A stretch of 64,000 nucleotides of DNA from an uncultured Pelagibacteraceae bacterium (GCA_902599485.1 CACKFP010000003.1:1726-65725); one strand, 5' to 3'. Positions 48,911 to 59,599 are shown, numbered from the stretch's first letter. A program made the numbers and translations. The notes: generated from the letters alone by a model not told the origin.

Positions 48911-50178
48911 TAATTTGATCTTATAATTCCATTATTTTTAATTAAAAAAATATTGGCATTATTAATAAATGGCCTCGATATTTTTTCATTATTAAATTTA
49001 ATTACTTTCTCTGTTTCAGAATTAGTTAAATTAATAATCAAAATTCGTCCATTATCGGTAGACAAATAAATTTTATTTTTAGCAATAACAAAACCTACTG
49101 GTGTAATTTTCTCTCTTTTTTTAAATGTTGAAAAAACATCAGTGATCCTGATTATATTTCCAGTCTCAGTATCAATTACAAATAAATATCCTTCCTCAGA
49201 AATATTAAAAATATAATTTTCAGAAATCGTAGGCTTTAAACTGGAATTTACAGTTTGTTTCCATTTTACTATGCCAGTTCTTGTGTCAATTGAGAATAAC
49301 TCATTTTTATTATTTGAAAAATATATTGTTTCATTATTTAAAATCATTTCTGAATTTTTTAGACTAAATGCATTTAAGAATATTTCGTTGCTCTGAGTAG
49401 GTGTTTGCCAAACTAAACTTCCATCATTAATATTTAATGCCGTAAGATCACCTAAATTATTAAGTGAATAAACAATGTCATCTTTAATAATTACAGATAA
49501 TTTTTTTTGAGATTTAATGAATGTGTTTTCTGTTTTAAAATTCCATAATTCATTTCCATCTACTATTGAGAAACATCTGATTACATTATCAAAATCAACA
49601 GTAACAAATTTATCATTTTTTATAGCAATATTTGAATTAAATGGAGATAGACTATCCTTCTTCCAGTTTAGTTCCCCATTATCTAAATTAAATGAAAAAA
49701 TATTTGAAAGAGTATCCACGGCAAGAATTTTATTATCTATATAATTAAAATATAATATTGGATTAAGTTTTCTCTCTTTCTTTGAGTAATGATTTGCTTT
49801 CCACAAAGTTTCAAAATTTTCGTTAATTCTGAATATTGTACCTTTGTTATCAAAATAAATAAGATCATTATTTTCGATAAATAAAATATCTGTATCAATT
49901 GAATTAAACTGTTTAATCTTTGAGAATTTAAACGTTTTCTTTTTTTCAAATGTTGGTTCAAAGTTTATATTTCCATTATTATTTGTATTATTATTTATAA
50001 AACTATTATCTTTAACAAATTTAGATAGATTTATTTGTGTATTGGGATTTAATTGTTGTTGAATTGGTTTAATTTCTTCAAATAAAATTTTAGAATTAGT
50101 ATTTTCTACAGATTTATCACTTTGACCACAACTTGATAATAAAAGTAAAAAGACGAAATATAATACTATCCTACTCAC
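48910..50178 (-). CDS. PQQ-type beta-propeller lipoprotein (BamB-like)
   Basis: Lipobox LSSCG and repeated 'D..G...W' blades; follows a YfgM-like gene. Confidence 0.8.
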   Translation of the reverse strand: MSRIVLYFVFLLLLSSCGQSDKSVENTNSKILFEEIKPIQQQLNPNTQINLSKFVKDNSFINNNTNNNGNINFEPTFEKKKTFKFSKIKQFNSIDTDILFIENNDLIYFDNKGTIFRINENFETLWKANHYSKKERKLNPILYFNYIDNKILAVDTLSNIFSFNLDNGELNWKKDSLSPFNSNIAIKNDKFVTVDFDNVIRCFSIVDGNELWNFKTENTFIKSQKKLSVIIKDDIVYSLNNLGDLTALNINDGSLVWQTPTQSNEIFLNAFSLKNSEMILNNETIYFSNNKNELFSIDTRTGIVKWKQTVNSSLKPTISENYIFNISEEGYLFVIDTETGNIIRITDVFSTFKKREKITPVGFVIAKNKIYLSTDNGRILIINLTNSETEKVIKFNNEKISRPFINNANIFLIKNNGIIRSN

Positions 50179-50815
50179 TGAAACTTGATCTTAGCCTTTT
50201 TTGAGCTTTGGTTTTTATTTTAGAGTTATTATTTTCAAGACTAACTATTTGCTCAAAAAATTCTTTTGATTTTTGCATTTGATTTTTTGATAAATAATAT
50301 TCTGCCATAATATAAAGACTATGTGGTTTCCATATACTATCCGCTTTAATTAAAGGATTAAAAATAGCTAACAATTCATTTTCATCTGAAAAATCTGAAT
50401 TATATAAGCCTTTTTTAAAGATTGTTAGCTCTTTAAACTTTTTATCCAAGCCAATATCATTAATTAAAATATCAAAATAATTGTTAATTTCATCTTTTGA
50501 ATTTATCAAATCGTTATCTAGCAAAAAATAAAAAGCTAGAGGAGAATATGTTTTGTCTTTAGCATTAATCACCTCTTTAAGATCCGGTATCACATTATAT
50601 TTATTATCAGCTTCATATCTTATTACAGCTAAGTCGTATTTATCAGCTAATTTTTCTCTTTTGCTAGATTGATATTCTTCAAAAGAAAAGTAGCCGATTA
50701 AAGCCAAAATAATTATTACTAATATCGAAATTAAAGTATTTTTATTATTTATGAAAAAGTTTTTAATTTTTTCATTACGTGTTTGGGTATTTATTATTTC
50801 AATATCTTCATCCAT
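50171..50815 (-). CDS. Membrane-anchored TPR-like protein (YfgM-like)
   Basis: N-terminal TM plus helical domain; conserved position upstream of the BamB-like gene. Confidence 0.7.
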   Translation of the reverse strand: MDEDIEIINTQTRNEKIKNFFINNKNTLISILVIIILALIGYFSFEEYQSSKREKLADKYDLAVIRYEADNKYNVIPDLKEVINAKDKTYSPLAFYFLLDNDLINSKDEINNYFDILINDIGLDKKFKELTIFKKGLYNSDFSDENELLAIFNPLIKADSIWKPHSLYIMAEYYLSKNQMQKSKEFFEQIVSLENNNSKIKTKAQKRLRSSFSE

Positions 50816-53484
50816 TAAATCATGTTCCTAAGTACATATTGTAAAATTCCACCATTTTTGTAATACTCTAATTCGTTCTTAGTATCTATTCTACTTAACA
50901 TTTTAATTCTCTTGATGTCTCCAGAAACATATTTGATTTCAACATTAACTTCATCTCTAGGATCTATGCCTTTTTCTAAGTCAATAATAGAAAATAGTTC
51001 TGAGCCATCTAATTTTAGATTAGTTCTATTTATTCCATCTTTAAACTGTAATGGTAGTATACCCATTCCTATAAGATTTGATCTATGAATTCTCTCAAAA
51101 CTTTCTGCAAAAACAGCCTTTACACCTAAAAGTTTGGTTCCTTTGGCCGCCCAATCTCTAGAAGAACCAGTTCCATACTCTTTACCACCAATTACAACTA
51201 AATCGGTACCTCTTTTTTTATATTCAACAACCGCATCATATACTGGCATTACTTTTTCCTCAGGGTACAACTTAGTAAAACCACCCTCAGTACCAGGTGC
51301 CATTTCATTTCTAATTCTTATATTTGCAAAAGTTCCTCTCATCATAACCTCATGATTCCCTCTTCTTGCTCCATAGGAATTATAGTCTTTTGGAAGTATT
51401 TGATGTTTCATAAAATATTCTCCAGTTGGACTATCTTTTTGAATTGATCCAGCAGGTGAAATATGATCAGTGGTAATGCTATCACCCAATATTAATAGTG
51501 GTCTTGCATCCTTAATTTCTTTAAATCCTTCTGGTTTATCAGGAAGGTTGTCAAAAAACGGAGGTTTTTTTACGTACGTTGAATTATCTTCCCAATTATA
51601 AATATTGGTTTCCTCTGTTTTAATTTTTTGCCATTGTTCTGGTCCTTGAGAAACATTTGAGTATCTTTTTATAAACATTTCTGCATTTAATGAATTTCTC
51701 AATGTTTCTTCTATTTCTTTGTTAGATGGCCATATATCTTTTAAAAAAACATCTTTACCATCTTTATCTTTACCTAATGGATCCTTGTACAAATCAAATC
51801 TCATAGTTCCTGCTATTGCATAAGCAACGACTAATGGCGGAGACGCTAAATAATTTGCTTTTATTAGAGGTGAAATTCTTCCTTCAAAGTTTCTGTTTCC
51901 AGATAAAACCGAGACAGCATAAATATTATTATTTTTTATGGAGTCTGATATGTTATCAGCTAATGGACCTGAATTACCAATACAAGTAGTGCATCCATAA
52001 CCAACTAAATTAAATCCTAATTTATCTAAATAAATATTCAGCCCAGCTTTTTCTAAATAATCTGTAACTACTTGAGATCCAGGTGCTAAAGATGTTTTCA
52101 CCCAGGGCTTAGTCATTAAACCTTTTTCAATTGCATTTTTTGCAAGTAAACCTGCTCCAATTAGTACACTTGGATTGGAAGTATTAGTACAAGAAGTGAT
52201 TGCAGCAATTAACACATCGCCATCGGTTATTTTAAAATCTTCTTTTTCAACATCATAAATATTTGGCTCTTCTTTTTTTGTAATTTCTGAAAATACTTTT
52301 TTAAAATTTGATGATGCGTTAGTAAGTAGAACTTTATCCTGTGGACGTTTTGGTCCAGAAATAGTTGGTACTATAGTTGACATGTCTAAAGATAGTGTGT
52401 CTGTAAATTCAACATCTAAACTTGCCCAAAGTCCTTGTTCTTGAGCATACTGTTTTACAATTTCAACATTTTGATCATCTCTTCCTGAGAATTTTAAATA
52501 TTTTAAAGTTTCATCATCTATTGGGAAAAAACCACAAGTTGCACCATACTCAGGTGCCATATTTGCTATAGTAGCTCTATCTGCTAAAGTCAGATTTTTT
52601 AGTCCTTCGCCATAGAATTCAACAAACTTTCCAACAACTCCCTTGTCTCTCAACATTTTAACTACAGTTAAAACAAGATCAGTTGCTGTTGTACCCTCCG
52701 GCATTTTTGACTTCATTTCAAATCCAATAACTTCAGGTATTAACATCGAAATAGGTTGACCTAACATTCCAGCCTCAGCTTCAATTCCGCCTACTCCCCA
52801 ACCCAAAACAGATAAACCATTTACCATAGTTGTATGACTATCTGTTCCAACTAAAGTATCAGGAAATATGTATTCTTCATCTTTATATTTTTCATTCCAA
52901 ACAACTTTTGAAAGGTATTCCAAATTAACTTGATGACATATTCCAGTTCCTGGAGGAACTATTCTAAAATTATTGAATGCTTGTTGACCCCATTTGAGAA
53001 AAGAATATCTTTCAGCATTCCGATTAAATTCAATATCAACGTTTTCTTTTAAAGAATTTTTATTTGCAAATTTATCTACTTGTACAGAGTGATCAATTAC
53101 CAAATCAACTGATGATAATGGATTGATAGTACTTGGATCTTTATTTTTTTCTTTTACAGCCTCTCTCATTGCTGCTAAATCTGCAACCGCTGGAATTCCA
53201 GTATAATCTTGAAGTAAAACTCTCGCAGGCCTATATGCAATTTCTGTGTTAGAACTTTTAGATTTTAACCAATCTTTAATAGCTTCAATTTGATTTTTAT
53301 TAACCGTTATATCGTCCTCAAATCTTAACAAATTCTCAAGTAAGACCTTCAATGATTTTGGAAGCTTTGATATACCTGCTAAACCATTTTTTTCAGCCTC
53401 TTTCAGTGAGTAAAAATTATAACTTTTGCCGTTAACTGAAATTTTAGTTAACGAATTGAACGAGTTTTTGTCTCCTGGTTTCAT
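50815..53484 (-). CDS. acnA: Aconitate hydratase A (889 aa; start revised to ATG 53484, MKPGDK)
   Basis: RVLLQD.TG.PA, VIDHSVQ, GTDSHT, ITSCTNTSNP, GYGCTTCIGNSG and GSSRDWAAKG. The track's start (53547) lies inside the upstream LysE gene. Confidence 0.96.
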   Translation of the reverse strand: MKPGDKNSFNSLTKISVNGKSYNFYSLKEAEKNGLAGISKLPKSLKVLLENLLRFEDDITVNKNQIEAIKDWLKSKSSNTEIAYRPARVLLQDYTGIPAVADLAAMREAVKEKNKDPSTINPLSSVDLVIDHSVQVDKFANKNSLKENVDIEFNRNAERYSFLKWGQQAFNNFRIVPPGTGICHQVNLEYLSKVVWNEKYKDEEYIFPDTLVGTDSHTTMVNGLSVLGWGVGGIEAEAGMLGQPISMLIPEVIGFEMKSKMPEGTTATDLVLTVVKMLRDKGVVGKFVEFYGEGLKNLTLADRATIANMAPEYGATCGFFPIDDETLKYLKFSGRDDQNVEIVKQYAQEQGLWASLDVEFTDTLSLDMSTIVPTISGPKRPQDKVLLTNASSNFKKVFSEITKKEEPNIYDVEKEDFKITDGDVLIAAITSCTNTSNPSVLIGAGLLAKNAIEKGLMTKPWVKTSLAPGSQVVTDYLEKAGLNIYLDKLGFNLVGYGCTTCIGNSGPLADNISDSIKNNNIYAVSVLSGNRNFEGRISPLIKANYLASPPLVVAYAIAGTMRFDLYKDPLGKDKDGKDVFLKDIWPSNKEIEETLRNSLNAEMFIKRYSNVSQGPEQWQKIKTEETNIYNWEDNSTYVKKPPFFDNLPDKPEGFKEIKDARPLLILGDSITTDHISPAGSIQKDSPTGEYFMKHQILPKDYNSYGARRGNHEVMMRGTFANIRIRNEMAPGTEGGFTKLYPEEKVMPVYDAVVEYKKRGTDLVVIGGKEYGTGSSRDWAAKGTKLLGVKAVFAESFERIHRSNLIGMGILPLQFKDGINRTNLKLDGSELFSIIDLEKGIDPRDEVNVEIKYVSGDIKRIKMLSRIDTKNELEYYKNGGILQYVLRNMI

Positions 53485-53486
53485 AT

Positions 53487-54076
53487 TTAATAATAAAATG
53501 TAGCTATGCAGCCTAATAAAAGCGCTGACATAACATAATTGAACCATTTAATAAATTTCTCATTTGTCGCGAATTTTCTCATAAATTTACCAATTAAAGT
53601 CCAAAATAAGATGCTAAATATAGCAAAGAAAAAGGCAGAAGTTAGGAGCCAGAAAGAATAAGTAAAAAAGTTATCTCCAGATTCGATATAAGTTGATACT
53701 GCAATAATAGCAACGATTACTCCTTTTGGATTTAAGAATTGAAAAAGAAATGTTTCTATAAATTTAACAGGTTCTAGTTTTTCTTTTTGATTTGATGATT
53801 TAGAAAATGAAATTCTGTAAGCCAAATAAACTAAAAATGCAGACCCTGTAAAAACTAAAATCTTTTGAATTATTGGGTATAATTTAAAAATGTTAATGAG
53901 CCCAAAATTGACTAAAGATAGCATTGAGGTAAAACCAAATATAACACCCAACATTAGAGGTATCGTTTTTTTACTCCATGATTAAAACCTGAATGAGATG
54001 CAACAATATTATTTGGGCCAGGTGAGCAACTGGTAACAAAAAAAAATAAACTTAATGATAATAGTTCTGGATGCAT
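53487..54076 (-). pseudogene. LysE/RhtB-family exporter with a 1-nt frameshift in an A7 run (pseudogene, recoding or sequencing error)
   Basis: ATG 54076 gives MHPELLSLSLFFFVTSCSPGPNNIVASHSGFNHGVKKRYL*. One extra A at 53966-53972 gives GVKKTIPLMLGV... joining the ORF with FQFLNPK, 196 aa total. Confidence 0.85.
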
Positions 54077-54418
54077 TTAAGCAATTGGTAATCCATTCTC
54101 TGCTTCTTGAGATGGATGAACTAAAGTTACTCTACCTTCTGCATCTATAGCTCCGAGAATTAATACTTGTGATACAACTCCTGCAATATTTTTTTCTGCA
54201 AAATTACAAACACCTATTACTTGTTTTCCTTTAAGATTCTCTTCATTGTAATAATGAGTAATTTGTGCTGAAGATTGTTTTATCCCTATCTTTTCTCCAA
54301 AATCAACTTCTACAACTAATGAAGGTTTTCTTGCTTTTTCATTTTTTCTTACAGAAATAATTGTTCCCAATCTAATATCGACTTTATCAAAGTCTTCATA
54401 CGTAATTTGTTCTTTCAT
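54077..54418 (-). CDS. csaA: CsaA/Trbp111 tRNA-binding/chaperone protein
   Basis: F.KVDIR.GTI, DFG..IG.K.SSAQIT and NF....IAG..S.VL.LG. Confidence 0.9.
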   Translation of the reverse strand: MKEQITYEDFDKVDIRLGTIISVRKNEKARKPSLVVEVDFGEKIGIKQSSAQITHYYNEENLKGKQVIGVCNFAEKNIAGVVSQVLILGAIDAEGRVTLVHPSQEAENGLPIA

Positions 54419-54443
54419 AAATTTAATATATAATGATTTGTAA

Positions 54444-55631
54444 ATGAGTACAGAAAATAATCCTGATAAAATTTATAAAGATTCAATAAGAATATTGACA
54501 GATTTGATTGCTTTCAAAACTATTTCTGGAAACGATAATAATAGTCTCATTAATTATTGTGATGATATTTTAAAAAATTTAGGAGCTACTTCATTTAGAA
54601 TTTTTGATGGTGATAAAAAAAGAGTTAATCTTTTTGCTTCTTTAAAATCTAAAAATGGAAATGGTAAAAAACCTATTATTCTTTCAGGTCATACAGATGT
54701 AGTCCCGGTTTCAAAAGGCTGGTCTACTGATCCATTTGTTGCAACTATAAAAAATGAGAAATTATTTGGGAGAGGTTCTTGTGATATGAAAGGTTTTATT
54801 GCATGTGCTCTAGCATATGCTCCTGTATTTAAAGAAAATAATTTAGATAGAGACATTCACTTTTCATTTACATTCGATGAAGAAACCGCATGCATCGGCG
54901 CACCATTATTAATAAAAGAATTAAAAAAAAGAGATATTAAAGATGGTATTTGTATTATTGGTGAACCAACCAATATGAAAATCATTGATGCCCATAAAGG
55001 TATGAATGAATATACAGTTCACTTTGGTGGTTTAGCTGGTCATAGTTCTAAACCTGGCCAAGGTGTCAATGCAGTTGAATATGCATCGAGGTATGTAAAT
55101 AAATTACTAGAAATTAGATCAAAACTAAAAGATAGAGCTCCTAAAGATTGTATATTTAATCCACCATATTCTACATTATCAGTTGGTGGAATTTCAGGTG
55201 GTATAGCTCATAATGTTATCGCTGATAAATGTAAAGTTGAATGGGAAACTAGACCGGTGGTTAGAGAAGATGGAGATTTTGTAAATCAAATAATAGACGA
55301 TTATGTTGATAAAGAATTATTACCAGAAATGAAAAAAGTTTTTTCAGATGCCTATATTAAAAAAGAAATTATAGGCGAAGTAGTTGGATTTAATAGATTG
55401 AACGATTCTGAGGCTTGTGAATTTGTTTCTAGTATAACTGGTGACAATTCAAGAGAAGCTGTTTCATTTGGAACAGAAGCTGGACTCTTTCAAGAAGTTG
55501 GGATTAGCACTGTGGTTTGTGGACCAGGTTCGATTGAACAGGCTCATAAAATTGATGAATATATAGAACTTAGTGAATTAAAGAAATGTCTAGACTTTTT
55601 AAAAGGTGTAAAAGATAAATCTATAAATTAA
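54444..55631 (+). CDS. argE: Acetylornithine deacetylase (M20)
   Basis: LSGHTDVVP, GRGSCDMKGF, DEE, IIGEPT, HKG and GPGSI.QAH..DE. Confidence 0.88.
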   Translation: MSTENNPDKIYKDSIRILTDLIAFKTISGNDNNSLINYCDDILKNLGATSFRIFDGDKKRVNLFASLKSKNGNGKKPIILSGHTDVVPVSKGWSTDPFVATIKNEKLFGRGSCDMKGFIACALAYAPVFKENNLDRDIHFSFTFDEETACIGAPLLIKELKKRDIKDGICIIGEPTNMKIIDAHKGMNEYTVHFGGLAGHSSKPGQGVNAVEYASRYVNKLLEIRSKLKDRAPKDCIFNPPYSTLSVGGISGGIAHNVIADKCKVEWETRPVVREDGDFVNQIIDDYVDKELLPEMKKVFSDAYIKKEIIGEVVGFNRLNDSEACEFVSSITGDNSREAVSFGTEAGLFQEVGISTVVCGPGSIEQAHKIDEYIELSELKKCLDFLKGVKDKSIN

Positions 55632-57061
55632 TTCCAACCACCTACAGATTTAACTTCTAGAAATTCAAGCAATCCCTCTTTACCTGCTTCCCTTCCAATT
55701 CCTGAATGTTTGAAACCTCCAAAAGGTGCATCAACTGCAATACCAGCACCATTTACATCAACCATTCCAGATCTAAGTTTTCTGGCAACTCTTTGGACTT
55801 TTTCCTTATCTTGAGTTTGAATATAGTTTGTTAATCCATAATCAGTATCATTTGCAATTTTAATTGCCTCTTCTTCAGTTTCAAATGGAATAACAGATAA
55901 AACAGGACCAAATATTTCTGTTCTTGCAATTTCCATTTCATTTTTTACATCAGCAAAAACTGTCGGTTTTACATAATAACCATCATTTAATCCGTTTGGT
56001 TTTCCAATTCCACCTGCAACTAATTTTGCTCCCTCATCTATTCCTTTTTGAATTAAACCTTGAATTTTATTGAATTGAGTTTCAGAAATTACAGGACCAA
56101 TATGCTCCCCATTTTTATTTGGATCATCTACTTTAAATTCATTTGCGTATTTTCTCAGTCTTTCTATCGCTTCATTATATATTGATTTTTCAACAAGCAT
56201 TCTTGTAGGAGCATTACATGATTGTCCTGAATTTCTAAAACATCTAAATGCACCTCTTTCAATTGCTTCAGCATCAGCATCTTCAAATATAATATTTGCA
56301 CCTTTTCCTCCTAGTTCCAAACTTACTCTTTTAAAGTCCTTTGCAGCATTTTGAGAAATTAAAGCTCCTGCTCTTGTAGAACCAGTGAATGAAATCATAT
56401 TTACATCTGGATGACTTGTTAATGCATCTCCAGTCATTTCCCCATCTCCATTTACTAAATTAAAAACACCTTTTGGAAATTTTGCTTCATCTATTAACTC
56501 AGCTATAATCATTGCCGATAAAGGTGCTAGTTCTGAAGGTTTTAAAATCATAGTGCAACCAGAGGCCAATGCAGGAATGACTTTTAAAGTAACTTGATTT
56601 ATTGGCCAGTTCCACGGTGTTATTAACGCACACACACCTTTAGGCTCGTATATTATTCTTTGATTTTTTGCATGATCTCCCAAAGGTTTTTCGAATTCAA
56701 ATTCTTTTAGATAACGAATAAATGATTTTGTATGACTCGCGCCAGTTCCTGTTTGTAGTTTTGAAGCAAAGTCTTTTGGTGCTCCCATCTCTTGAATAAT
56801 TGCGTCTGTAATATCATTCCATCTTTTTTTATATAATGAATAAAAAACTTCTAATAACGACAATCTTTCTTCTTTAGAGGTAAATCCCCAAGTTTTAAAA
56901 GCTTCCTTAGCTGCTAAAACTGCATCATTAATATCCTCCTTACTGCCTAAAGAAATTACTGCACATTTTTTTTCTGTTGCTGGATTTATGACCTCAATAT
57001 CTTTTGGGTTTTTTGGGGGAACCCATGAACCATTAATATAAAAATTTCTCTTTTCAATCAT
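55628..57061 (-). CDS. Aldehyde dehydrogenase
   Basis: ITPWNWP, KPSE, FTGST, LELGGK, GQSC, EIFGPV and PFGGFK.SG.GRE. Confidence 0.95.
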   Translation of the reverse strand: MIEKRNFYINGSWVPPKNPKDIEVINPATEKKCAVISLGSKEDINDAVLAAKEAFKTWGFTSKEERLSLLEVFYSLYKKRWNDITDAIIQEMGAPKDFASKLQTGTGASHTKSFIRYLKEFEFEKPLGDHAKNQRIIYEPKGVCALITPWNWPINQVTLKVIPALASGCTMILKPSELAPLSAMIIAELIDEAKFPKGVFNLVNGDGEMTGDALTSHPDVNMISFTGSTRAGALISQNAAKDFKRVSLELGGKGANIIFEDADAEAIERGAFRCFRNSGQSCNAPTRMLVEKSIYNEAIERLRKYANEFKVDDPNKNGEHIGPVISETQFNKIQGLIQKGIDEGAKLVAGGIGKPNGLNDGYYVKPTVFADVKNEMEIARTEIFGPVLSVIPFETEEEAIKIANDTDYGLTNYIQTQDKEKVQRVARKLRSGMVDVNGAGIAVDAPFGGFKHSGIGREAGKEGLLEFLEVKSVGGWN

Positions 57062-57081
57062 CCGCGCAAATTATCCTTTCT

Positions 57082-58035
57082 TTATGATTTTGCAAATAAA
57101 TTTGTTAATTCATAAACAATTGTTGCTGCAGCTAAAGAGGTTACTTCTGCATGATCATAAGCAGGCGCAACTTCAACTACATCTGCAGAAATCAAATTTA
57201 AGCCTGATAAACCTCTGAGGACGTTTACCATTTCTCTTGTGGTCATTCCTGCAATTTCAGGTGTTCCTGTGCCTGGTGCAAATGCTGGATCTAATACATC
57301 AATATCAATGGACAAATATAATGCATTATCACCTACTCTATTTTTTATTCTTTCAACGATTTTATCAATTCCTTCTGTTTGAAATTCATCACAATGAATA
57401 ATTTTAAATCCAAAGCTTTCATCATTTTTTATATCATCTCTGCTATAAAGTGGACCTCTTATACCTACATGCATAGAGGCATCATCTAAAAATAAATTTT
57501 CCTCACGAGCTCTTCTAAATGGAGTGCCATGCGTATATGGTGCTCCAAAGTAGGTATCCCAGGTATCTAAATGGGCATCAAAATGAACAAGTGATACGGG
57601 TCCATTATTCTTTTTATTGGCTGCTCTAAGCAAAGGCACAGCAATTGTGTGATCTCCTCCAAGGCTTATTATTCCTCCAACTTTATTTAATAAATCGGTT
57701 GCTCCTACTTCAATTTGTTTGATGGCTTCATCAATATTAAATGGATTGCAAGTAATGTCACCTGCATCTGCAACTTGTTGTACTTTGAATGGTTCTACAT
57801 CATAATTAGGATGATAATTAGTCCTTAAATGTCTAGATGCTTGTCTAATACTTTGTGGGCCAAATCTTGCACCTGGTCTATAACTAGTTCCTGAGTCAAA
57901 TGGAACTCCGACAATAGCAACATCACAACTTTCTACATCTCTTAGCTCAGGTAATCTTGCAAATGTAGAAGGGCCTGCATATCTTGGAACTTCTGTACCA
58001 CTAACAGGCTGAATAGGTTTTTTAGACTTTGTCAT
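57082..58035 (-). CDS. speB: Agmatinase/ureohydrolase family
   Basis: GGDH, DAHLD, HGTPF, SIDIDVLDP.FAPGTGTP Mn-binding motifs; exact substrate uncertain. Confidence 0.82.
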   Translation of the reverse strand: MTKSKKPIQPVSGTEVPRYAGPSTFARLPELRDVESCDVAIVGVPFDSGTSYRPGARFGPQSIRQASRHLRTNYHPNYDVEPFKVQQVADAGDITCNPFNIDEAIKQIEVGATDLLNKVGGIISLGGDHTIAVPLLRAANKKNNGPVSLVHFDAHLDTWDTYFGAPYTHGTPFRRAREENLFLDDASMHVGIRGPLYSRDDIKNDESFGFKIIHCDEFQTEGIDKIVERIKNRVGDNALYLSIDIDVLDPAFAPGTGTPEIAGMTTREMVNVLRGLSGLNLISADVVEVAPAYDHAEVTSLAAATIVYELTNLFAKS

Positions 58036-58166
58036 TTTAGTAATAAGAATATTATTAGAATGATCCAGAAAAAGGGATAATAGAAATATATATATTTTTT
58101 TGCAAACATCTTAGGCACTGACTCATGATCTCTATTAATATTTTTTTTTCTTTTTCTTTTTTTCAT
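58032..58166 (-). CDS. Small basic membrane protein (44 aa), not in ORF track
   Basis: MKKRKRKKNINRDHESVPKMFAKKYIYFYYPFFWIILIIFLLLK*; AGGA SD upstream; ATGA overlap with the speB start. Confidence 0.55.
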   Translation of the reverse strand: MKKRKRKKNINRDHESVPKMFAKKYIYFYYPFFWIILIIFLLLK

Positions 58167-58219
58167 TAAATAAATCCTATCACATTCATATTATATCTAA
58201 TATCATCAAAATTATTAAA

Positions 58220-58951
58220 ATGAGATACATTATATTAATATTTCTATTATTTTTTAATTTTTCTTATGTAAATGCAGATGCAATATATAATTTAATTAAA
58301 ATTCCTAATTTAGAAGTTCATAAGGTTGATAATTTAAATGGTATCAAATATTTGGTATCGAAAAGAGGTTTTGTAATAGGTGATACAAATAATATTAAAT
58401 GTAACGGCATTAATAATAGTGATTTGGATCGTGAATTTAATACAATTCAAAATAATCTGAGGGATTATAACTCAAATTTCTTAAGGAAAATAAATTTGAA
58501 ATTTGTAGTTCTATGCAAAAACTTACAAATTTCAGGCATTAATACAGGGGGGATACCAGATAATAAATTCAGGACTTTAATCTTAGACTTAACATTTAAC
58601 CAAAACTATTTCGAAAGAATGATCCATCATGAAATATTTCATATGATTGATAACAGTTTTCCTGAGCTTTTTAAAAAAAATCAATGGAGTGAACTTAATA
58701 ATAAAGATTTTTCTTACGCATCATGTTCTACATGTACTGATTTATTAGGTTTAGATTTAGAAGTTACGAAAGGCTTTTTAAAAGAATATTCAATGAGTAC
58801 AGCTGAAGAAGATATGGCTGAAATTTATTCATTATTAAAAACAAACTTTAAAGAAATAGATTTATTAATTAAAAAAGATAATATTCTAACTAAGAAGAAA
58901 AATTTCTTAATAAAGGGTCTTAAAGAAATAGATGAAAAGTTTATTTTTTGA
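58220..58951 (+). CDS. Secreted HEXXH zinc-metallopeptidase-like protein
   Basis: Signal peptide, HHEIFH and a downstream 'EEDMAE' third-ligand motif. Confidence 0.7.
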   Translation: MRYIILIFLLFFNFSYVNADAIYNLIKIPNLEVHKVDNLNGIKYLVSKRGFVIGDTNNIKCNGINNSDLDREFNTIQNNLRDYNSNFLRKINLKFVVLCKNLQISGINTGGIPDNKFRTLILDLTFNQNYFERMIHHEIFHMIDNSFPELFKKNQWSELNNKDFSYASCSTCTDLLGLDLEVTKGFLKEYSMSTAEEDMAEIYSLLKTNFKEIDLLIKKDNILTKKKNFLIKGLKEIDEKFIF

Positions 58952-59599
58952 ATGATAAAAAAAATTAAACCATCGCTATCTGAAAAAATATTATTTATTT
59001 TTCTTATTCTGCTTATTATTTTAACTTTAGGTTCATTTTATATATTAAGTAATAAATGTCTTTTTGTAAAAAAAATCGATTTAAATAACATCGATTTCAA
59101 AGATAAGCAGAATATTGCAATTATGGAGGTTGAATGCGGTAACGTTCTAATAGAATTAGATCCTAAAATTGCACCTAAAGCTGTAAATCGATTTAAGAAT
59201 TTAATAAATAGAGGTTCCTATAATGGTTCAACTTTTTATCGAGTAATAGAAAATACTTTAATACAAGCTGGAGATATTGAATATGGAAATGTATCTAATC
59301 TAAATTATTCTAAAGTAGGAACTGGTAAGTCTGGTTTAGGAACAATTAAATCTGAGCTTAGTAGTAATTTTTTATTTAATGCTGGCTCTGTGGCTTTTGC
59401 TAGGAAAGATCAATTCGACACAGAAGATAGTGAATTTTTTATTACTTTAATAGATATACCAATATATCAAGGTGAATATACTCCAATTGGAAGAGTAATT
59501 GCAGGGATGGACTCTTTAAAAAAAATTAAAGCGGGAAATAAATCAACCTATGTATTAAAGCCTGATTATATTAAAAATCTAAAGTTATTAGTTAACTAG
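58952..59599 (+). CDS. Cyclophilin-type peptidyl-prolyl isomerase, membrane-anchored
   Basis: AP..V..F..L...G.Y.G..F.RVI, Q.GD, G.VA.AR, S.FFI and YT..G.VI.GM. Confidence 0.88.
   Translation: MIKKIKPSLSEKILFIFLILLIILTLGSFYILSNKCLFVKKIDLNNIDFKDKQNIAIMEVECGNVLIELDPKIAPKAVNRFKNLINRGSYNGSTFYRVIENTLIQAGDIEYGNVSNLNYSKVGTGKSGLGTIKSELSSNFLFNAGSVAFARKDQFDTEDSEFFITLIDIPIYQGEYTPIGRVIAGMDSLKKIKAGNKSTYVLKPDYIKNLKLLVN

Noticed and set aside
1345-49961. Many 60-130 aa alternative ORFs in the track (e.g. 4607..4906, 24555..24944, 27671..28015, 38599..38961)
   Set aside because: They are antisense or out-of-frame shadows within well-supported genes, with no motifs or SD.
53485-53547. N-terminal extension of aconitase given by the ORF track
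   Set aside because: It overlaps the 3' end of the LysE gene; ATG 53484 gives a normal-length AcnA.
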